A DNA stretch of 62,197 bases, the filler included, from Collodictyon triciliatum (taxonomy: Eukaryota): the NCBI GenBank assembly GCA_043381765.1. It is 4 parts of 4 records of this genome, joined end to end, with 100 filler letters (N's around TTAATTAATTAA, not from the genome) between each part and the next. Parts side by side here need not be neighbours in the genome. Positions count along the whole stretch, not along the records: positions 31,893 to 56,320 come from JBHJMP010000545.1; positions 56,421 to 62,197 come from JBHJMP010000550.1; 2 more parts are not named here. One strand, given 5' to 3'. Shown here one piece after another: positions 54,426 to 62,197 of the stretch. Every line of letters starts with the position of its first letter. The first letter of the stretch is position 1. The position numbers and the translations under genes are program-made. The notes below the pieces were generated by a model. It saw nothing but the letters and a program-made list of their open reading frames with translations, did no database searches and was not told the DNA's origin.

Positions 54426-55655
54426 ATGTCACAACAACGGGCGGGTGAGAAAGGCTCTTCAAACAAGGCTACCACAAAGACACAGGTTGATTTGTCTCCA
54501 CTTGACGGACTACGAGGGATCTGCTCCGTGCTCATCGTGATTGGGCACTTCTCCACAATGTGGACCCCACCGATACATTCTGGAAAGCAGTTTCCTGCAT
54601 TCACTCCTGATTTCCTCTCTGGTGTTTCCCTTTTTTTCGTGATATCTGGATATACACTCGTTCATGTCTACGACCGCCATGCCCCAGGAAAACACAGCCC
54701 AGTGCCGCTTGAAACACCAGCAGAAAGAGGTTCATTCTTTCGAAAGCGCGTAGCTCGCCTTGCACCGCTGTATTATTTTGGTCTGTTAGTCGGACTCGGT
54801 CCTCTCCTCGTGTACAAGTCGATGGGCGCTATCGTATTCAATCTCTTTTTCAGTGTAATTGCCCTGCAATCAATAGTTCTGACAGCGAACGAGACGAACG
54901 GGCCTCTCTGGACTGTTAGTGCATTCGTCATGTGCTATTGGATTTTCCCTCGTTCTGTCCGTTGGTTCCGAAGCGAAGGATACACTACCCTGCGCAACTA
55001 CGCTATTCTATGCAATCTCTGCTTGGTAGGAATATTTCTTCTTTTCTACCACTTTATTCCTTTGAAGCTTTTGGTAGCGCACCTCTTCGGTCCGTTTCGT
55101 ATCTTTGTATTCCTCATCGGTGTCCTTGCGGGGTATATGTCCAAGCATCTCCAGGTTACACACTACAAAATGTTTAACTGTACAGTGATTTCTGAGGCAA
55201 TTACTTTGCTCCATGTTGCCATTATGGCCTATTCGCTCAGCATGGGCCTCACCAACCAAGGATTCCGTCAGTGGATGCGCTTTGGATTAATTGTGGAGTT
55301 TTTCATCCCAGTAGTCCAGGCCTACTGGATTATTGCGCTCACTGCCCCAGTCTGCGGTGGAATCACACGTCCGTTCCTATCCTCTCGTATACTAAAGTAC
55401 TTTGGTGATATTTCTTACTCCGTGTACTGTCTGCACTATCCCATCTTCAACTGGATTGCATGGGTTGTGGAGGGCAAAGGACTCACTCAAGAGGCGGTCC
55501 CACCGTACCAAAGACAGGAGACAGCCCGGCCAGGATTCTACTATTTTGAACCTGAAGCTCTTGCACCCGTGCTTTTGGTGATTCTGGTCATCTCGGCCAT
55601 CGCACATATAATCTTGGAAGCACCAGCTCGCGCCGCGATATCAAAAAAGGATTAG
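54426..55655 (+). CDS. Acyltransferase-3 (OafA/YrhL-like) integral membrane O-acyltransferase, intronless
   Basis: LDGLRGI...IGH, GVSLFFVISGY, FFRKRVARLAPLYY, NGPLWTVS, FGDISYSVYCLHYP and ILEAPAR are the family motifs. First in-frame ATG at 54426; TAG stop. Confidence 0.93.
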   Translation: MSQQRAGEKGSSNKATTKTQVDLSPLDGLRGICSVLIVIGHFSTMWTPPIHSGKQFPAFTPDFLSGVSLFFVISGYTLVHVYDRHAPGKHSPVPLETPAERGSFFRKRVARLAPLYYFGLLVGLGPLLVYKSMGAIVFNLFFSVIALQSIVLTANETNGPLWTVSAFVMCYWIFPRSVRWFRSEGYTTLRNYAILCNLCLVGIFLLFYHFIPLKLLVAHLFGPFRIFVFLIGVLAGYMSKHLQVTHYKMFNCTVISEAITLLHVAIMAYSLSMGLTNQGFRQWMRFGLIVEFFIPVVQAYWIIALTAPVCGGITRPFLSSRILKYFGDISYSVYCLHYPIFNWIAWVVEGKGLTQEAVPPYQRQETARPGFYYFEPEALAPVLLVILVISAIAHIILEAPARAAISKKD

Positions 55656-55857
55656 ACTCGATACGGCGACACCTTCTGGGGTTGGGCGGTGATGTGACGA
55701 TATCATGACACAACAGCGGTTGAAAAAAATCATTCTTTCTACGTTCATTCACCCTCTCTATCCTTCTTTTATCTTTCTAGTCAGCATAGATTCCGGAATA
55801 AATAGATAACGAACATTCTCAGAGGGTTAACCTGGCCTTCGCTGAGCTCTTTGGTTC

Positions 55858-55859
<2 letters not shown>

Positions 55860-55915
<56 letters not shown>

Positions 55916-55916
55916 G
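55860..55916. repeat. (TTA)n microsatellite
   Basis: Read directly. Confidence 0.97.
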
Positions 55917-56245
55917 GTGTTTTTTACGCTCAGATTAATGGCGAACAAGCGACCTCGTCCCAGGCTGGTTTTACTTTTGTCTATTCTATGCCTTTTTCTT
56001 TCCCCTGTTTTTTGGTGCAAACAAAAAAATTATACATATAAAATCAAAGGAAGAATCAGAGTAACTCCTAACGACTGATTTCGAACAAGAGAGGAAGCAG
56101 GAAGGAAAACAAAGTGGCCTCTGCCGAGCATGTGTCGCACAAGATTCCCTACTTTCCCTGCCTTTTTGGCTCACTCTCGAACAGATATCCTTCTTGTGAA
56201 CCAACCGATCCTTGCATATGTTGACAACCTGTGCAAACGAGCTGA

Positions 56246-56318
56246 CTAAACTTTTCTTTTTCTTATTACTTATCTGGTTCTCTCCTTTTGCTTTGGCTGA
56301 ATCGAACGATATTAAACC
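56246..56318 (-). CDS. Possible 3' tip of a gene cut by the contig end, ending in a KKRKV nuclear-localisation-like motif
   Basis: Open frame from the contig edge reads GLISFDSAKAKGENQISNKKRKV then TAG; too short to confirm. Confidence 0.25.
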
Positions 56319-56320
56319 TT

Positions 56321-56420
56321 NNNNNNNNNNNNNNNNNNNNNNNNNNNNNNNNNNNNNNNNNNNNTTAATTAATTAANNNNNNNNNNNNNNNNNNNNNNNN
56401 NNNNNNNNNNNNNNNNNNNN
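56321..56420. other. Artificial contig-joining spacer
   Basis: 44 N + TTAATTAATTAA (56365-56376) + 44 N. Confidence 0.95.

Positions 56421-56500
<80 letters not shown>
56421..56500. repeat. (TGT)n microsatellite at contig start
   Basis: Read directly. Confidence 0.97.
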
Positions 56501-56503
<3 letters not shown>

Positions 56504-57044
56504 CCTTCGGGGAAGTCGAGGCTGGACGGCTTGTATGGTGTATTTTACTGCACGAACAAGTTAGCAATAAAGTATACTAGTAAATGCGGTTGGGTCAAGT
56601 CTAACATATATCGTTTTGTGCGGTCTTCATTGCGCTAATATTCAACCTGTGGCGGTTGTGGTTGTGGTTCTCTGTGGCGTTTCTCGCATGCGGGACGGTG
56701 AGAACCGTCTGGATTCTAAACCCTTTTTAATCGCACAAGCCTCTCCTTTCCAAACAGACTGCCGGTCATCACAATCTTGGAAGCTCTTTTTTACCACGCC
56801 ACCTTACATCTGGTGTGATACCCAAGACTGGCCTCCCGTTCTCGAGACGAAGTATGCAAACAACAAGAAAGTCATATAGAACGCAGAGGATATAGGCCAG
56901 GCATCGAATCAGATAATAATCAAGGGCCAAGGCCAACGCCGAGATGGGGCTTTAGCCGCGGGCGCATATGTAATAAACTGCACAGGGGTGATTGAAAAGC
57001 GTCTGCTGCATAAGCAACGAAACTTTATAAAGCATTTTTTTCTT

Positions 57045-57440
57045 TTAGCTCACTGGGTCAGGTCCACAAACACCCTCACATGTCTGGTACTGGATTCCTG
57101 TTTGATACCACTGAACCAGTCGGTCAGCAAAAGTCTGTGTCCCAAAAATGGCGACGTGGGTGTTGTAGTTGATATCGCCCGGTGTGTTGTAGATAGGAAC
57201 CTTTAATGGCATTGAGTAAGCAGTTTGATATAAAAAAAATAGCAATAACGAAAAGACAAGATGAATTACGAGAGAAAGTTTATTTATGACACAACTACCA
57301 AAGAGACAGATACCTCTGGCGAGCCAAAGTCATATACGATGGCGGTATTTTCTGTGGTCGAAGTTGTAGTCAAGTACTCGAAGCCAAACAAGGTCTCGTT
57401 TTTGCGTGCTGTCGGCGCATGATTTTTATTTTATTTTATT

Positions 57441-57504
<64 letters not shown>

Positions 57505-57672
57505 NNNNNNNNNNNNNNNNNNNNNNNNNNNNNNNNNNNNNNNNNNNNNNNNNNNNNNNNNNNNNNNNNNNNNNNNNNNNNNNNNNNNNNNNNNNNNNNN
57601 NNNNTTTGGTTTTGGGGTTTGGGGGTGGTGTGGGGTGTGTTGTGTTTTGTGGTGTGGGGGGGGGTGTGGTTT

Positions 57673-57722
<50 letters not shown>

Positions 57723-60700
57723 CTGATAAAGTTTCACTGGTGTAAACTGGTATGATGTTAGATATAAAATGGGAAAAAAATAGATTTTTCAACAGTTTTT
57801 TTTTTTTTTGTCGTCGTGAAATATCACCTGTTGTATAGTTCGGGAAATACTTTGCTCCTATCGACCTTATCATGGTGTACGAACCCATATAGCTGACTTG
57901 AGAATCACCCAGCGCATACAAGACTTGAACTCTCTTGTTCGAATTTCGCAGCAAATCATAGAACCCAGAAGGCTCCGAGCGATCTGTTGGTGCATAAATG
58001 TTTAGATTAATTCAAGATGACTTGATGGAGAATTATAATATAATAGAAAAAAAAGTCCCCTCCAAAGAAGAAAGGCGAGGAAGAAAATGGCTTGGCTAAA
58101 TGGTCAGGTGACGTACGTAGAGAAACACCACACAATTTACATTTGAAATATACCCCAAAGCATCTGCATCAAGGTCAATAGCTGAATCCGGTCAACTGGG
58201 TCTACAAATCAAACATAAAATGATTTAGATGGAAGGAAAGAGAGTAGAATGGGGTAAGGAAAAAAATTTGCTTCGTATTATTACTGGAGTAGCGGCGGCT
58301 AATGATATTCCAGAAAGGAACAAAATCCGTGCTACAAAATACGTTGAATTAGATATTAAGGAAAGCATATGAAATTGCATGGTGCGCTGTTTTGAGTTAC
58401 TCTTTAGGTGTTATACGATGTATTATGAAAGGATTCTATGTACCTTCTTGGGAGAAGCTGGGCAAATGAAGAGCCAGGTACCCCCAGGGACCCGTAAGGC
58501 ACATCAGACGTGAGAGACATGTAAACACTACCATAAATGCCGCCAAGAGACACTCCTGTTAAGTTGGTATGTTAATTATTGAAGGCAAAAATAAATGAAT
58601 AAAAAAGTATTTTTAATTTTCGAATGTGAATCGGTCAATTTGAAAATACCAGCATAGAAACGCTTTTCAGGGATGACAACAGATCTTCCAAAGTATTGAA
58701 CAACTGGGTCGTATACAAAGTTTCCTGTGACCATCTAGTTTTTTTTTATCGTTATTTAGTGACACAATTATAAGTGGCTAATAAATTTCCTTCAGTAAGT
58801 AGCATAAATTAGTTTTTTCAAAATAAACAAGATTTATGTATCCTAACCCGCATCAAAGAAAGTTGATTCAACATCCCTTGGACAGAACGATCAGGTATTA
58901 CGTTTATGTCGCTCATATCAGTAGACTATTGATTTTTTTATGAGAACGCTCTCACACAAGTTCAATAATATTTATTTCGAATGAAAGCTCGAACAAGATA
59001 CCCACAACGATATTTTCGACTACTGGTAAGTCGTAGACACACAATCCCCAGAATTCGGTGGCGAATACAATATAGCCTTTTTGTTCTGCAATCTTTTGCA
59101 GATCCTCGGTCAGTATAACTGTTCGGGATTGGAAGAGGCCGTGTCCGCTGTTTGACATGGGAGTTAATAGTGACGAATTTACATTCGTGAATGGGTTAAT
59201 GGTGGGCGCATAAAATAAGTGTAGTGGTCCTGACATACAATTGGACTATTCCTTGCGGTTGGAGTCGACCTTCTGTGATGCTTTTCGGAATCAGCATTGA
59301 AAAAAGCGCGGTTCCTTGACCTTGGTAGATAGGTTTCCCATCTGCATCAACGACTAGCTTGGAACCAGGGCCTAGAAGCACATATTTTTATGTTTTAAAG
59401 CTACCTCTCTTGAAAAATGGAAATTTACTACATTTTGGCTTGTTTTATGGGATCATCATACTCTCATATATCCTATTTTACATTCTTTTTTTTTAGAGAA
59501 AATTGCCTGGTCTATCGGTGTAAAGGGGGACCTCGAAGTTACCAAGGATATATCGGCCGATGTAGTCTGAAAAATTATCACGGACGCTAGTGATTTCATA
59601 TCTAGGTCCTCCTATTTAGCAGGATATAACCACATTTTAGTTACTTTTTTGATTTCTATTTAGAATTTCGGCACGTCGTTTAGATTACTTGCAGCTCTTT
59701 TGTTTTTTGTTTTTTGTTTTTTTGTTTTTTTTGTTTTTTTTGTTTTTTTTGTTTTTTTTGTTTTTTTTGTTTTTTTTGTTTTTTTTGTTTTTTTTGTTTT
59801 TTTTTTTTNNNNNNNNNNNNNNNNNNNNNNNNNNNNNNNNNNNNNNNNNNNNNNNNNNNNNNNNNNNNNNNNNNNNNNNNNNNNNNNNNNNNNNNNNNNN
59901 NNNNNNNNTTGTTTTTTTGTTTTTTTGTTTTTTTGTTTTTTTGTTTTTTTGTTTTTTTGTTTTTTTGTTTTTTTGTTTTTTGTTTTTAGAAGAGAACTAA
60001 TTCCAAAAAGACTAAAATGTAAGAAAACAACTAATACCTTGTGGAAGTCTTCTCAAACCATCCTCAATAACTGTCAACATACGCGTCTGAGTTCCTGGTT
60101 TACTGACTGTATTGAAATCCCAAGCCAGTTGTAGAGTTGAGCGCAGGATACCAGCAGCCTCGAGTCGTTTGAATATATCCTCGAAAATCACTCTATTTTG
60201 GTTAAGAATAAAAAAAATACGCAAATTTAAACACCAATCAATATTAACTATATCTCTTCCTATCGAGATAAGCGATAGTTGAAGTATTCAAATTAAAAAC
60301 CGTCGAAGCTCGATGTCCGGATCTGTTGTGGGGATATTGTCTCTTAGTGAGATAAATGCGCGAGAAGGAGTGACCAGGCTACCCCCTATGGTTCGCATAT
60401 TCCTCAAAGCAACTATGTAGCGCTTGTTAAAGTCCAGTGTTTTTATTGGCCAAACCATCAGGGATCGCTGACTAGAAGCCGCATCTGGACTGGCCATATC
60501 CAATTCAGCCCAGTTGGGCAGAAGCTCTCCAGTTATTGTGTCAAGAATAACAGAAGGGCAATCCGCGTCCAAAGAACGAGAAATATCCTGCCAGATGATT
60601 TATGAATCCTTTCTGGATAAATAGACACGGTATATTCCCATGATGTGATAATTGCTTCGGAGATAGATCTTATTTCATATATTATGCAAGAACTCATTTT

Positions 60701-61599
60701 ATACCCAATGCCTTGGAAAGTTTTCGATGGATAGGTCACTGAATAGTGCGGAGGCAGGCGAGTAGACTGGGAATCCATCAAGCTCTGGGACTCCGAGTCT
60801 TTGCTCGTCGATGGGGACATTATCATCAGATCTTTATGGTCGATAAAATCAAAATTATTGCTATATGCCTCACCCATACAATAATGAAAAATGCAATCTC
60901 GATTGATGTTCATTAAAGAGTTCAAAATTGCTAGACTCACAATGGTAAACTTCGAGAAGTCAGACGGACACGATATCCTGTGGGAGAGGCGAGGTCCGAG
61001 CGAAGGAAAAAGTTGTTTGGGAATGGAAATGAGCAGTACTCTAGTGGTATGTGGTACTCACAGATTAATTTTTCCTCTTAAAATTTCCTCAGAATATGTT
61101 AAAGACGAAAAAGGCAGCAGTAAAATCAATGCACTGAATATTTTCGCTGCGTATTTCTTCTGAATTAACCTTTGTTGACAAAGAAAAGTTCGCAATACCA
61201 GTCAATATATCGTTTACAAGAGATATACTTCAACGCTCTAACTCGTTTATTACAAAAAAATAATTGGTATTATGAATGTGAATACATGTTAAAAAAAATA
61301 TACCAGGCACAAGAGGATCACAGTCACTCAAGCTATTGCTGATATTCGTGGGGGCAGTAAAGGGTGGCGGCTGGATGGGTAGTGCTACAATCCGCACCAC
61401 CGGTTGTGACGTGTACCGGACAATTAGAGGAGGAAATAATCAGAGGATAATAAAATTACAGTATTCAAATTAAAAAAAAAAGCAATTTGAATGTATTATG
61501 CTCTAACGCCCGGGACCGTAACGACTCTGCCTAACCTAGAGTGGAGGTGACCAGACAGACAAGGACGAAGCTGGCCGTCAGGTATTTGATCGGCTCCAT
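57045..61599 (-). CDS. Secreted alpha/beta-hydrolase-fold protein of a bacterial-type family (N-terminal Ig-like/lipase-N region plus GxSxG domain), multi-exon
   Basis: Signal peptide MEPIKYLTASFVLVCLVTSTLA, then CDPLVPEYCSFPFPNNFF...TGYRV, LDGF, TGELLPNWAELD...RYIVALR, LQLAWDF, YGHGLF, FYAGVSLGGIYG, LLPRSTDF, MQMLWDRSEP, LGDSQV and NTH. The last exon is uncertain (stop at 57045 or about 56910). Confidence 0.85.
59697..59987. repeat. (T7-8G)n repeat with gap, intronic
   Basis: Read directly. Confidence 0.9.
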
Positions 61600-62100
61600 G
61601 GCAATATCTTGCTTCGAAGGGGAAAAAATGAAAAAGAAGATTACAAGGAGGGCGCTGCGGAAGCGAAGAGGATGAAAAGAGGAAAATCCGCGACAATTCT
61701 AACTCTTGCCCAAGTTGCCAAGGTGATTGGTGTTGTGATCACTATATTCAGGTGTCCTATCTAATAGTTTCCCTTAATTACCAGGGCTTTGGTTGGGGTG
61801 GTTGCTTGGGGCTGACTCACCAACCGAATTTTCTCGCCCTTAGACTCGCCCGCCTGTCACAGAAAAGTGCTGAAAGGAGCGCTATTTATAGGGTATGTGA
61901 CGTCACAATCATACGGTGTGTCTCTTCCAGGAAAGAATCAATTCATCGAATTATTGTCCCATTCCTTCAGAGGAAATAAGAAAAATTTGTGGGGCGAAGG
62001 GTGGGGTTTAAAGCCGCATATATAAACATATATTAATCATTTATTATGTTTACTATTATAGATATCAATATTGACTGTAAAATAATTATAATAATGTAAT

Positions 62101-62102
<2 letters not shown>

Positions 62103-62197
<95 letters not shown>
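62103..62197. repeat. Poly(T) run at window end
   Basis: Read directly. Confidence 0.95.

Noticed and set aside
57605-57672. G/T-rich stretch resembling telomeric repeat
   Set aside because: Irregular, sits inside an intron between a gap and poly(T); typical low-quality sequence after a homopolymer.
62103-62197. Poly(T) as a retroelement poly(A) tail
   Set aside because: Window ends here, no RT or target-site duplication is visible, and long homopolymers are common throughout.

Overview
Eukaryotic nuclear DNA from an intron-rich, flagellated, mitochondriate microbial eukaryote using the standard genetic code; I cannot name the taxon from sequence alone. The window is not one locus. Three artificial spacers (44 N + TTAATTAATTAA + 44 N) join four pieces: 1-18200, 18301-31792, 31893-56320 and 56421-62197. 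Piece 1 holds a partial axonemal dynein heavy chain whose AAA1 catalytic motifs and microtubule-binding domain are degenerate (candidate pseudo-motor). Piece 2 holds a CH-TPR-pentapeptide-WD40-Sel1-like repeat protein that resembles an NLR-type sensor lacking its NACHT ATPase, plus a TM9SF/EMP70 gene. Piece 3 holds an NHL-repeat gene with a decayed RING, a Cys-rich gene with a probable frameshift, a p28/axonemal-dynein-light-chain-domain protein, VDAC, an LRR-TPR protein, a flavin-reductase-like gene, an LRR pseudogene with one repeat per exon and an intronless acyltransferase-3. Piece 4 holds a secreted bacterial-type alpha/beta hydrolase with a GC-AG intron. Introns and gap edges are rich in simple repeats. 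Exon structures were traced by hand and no database search was run.
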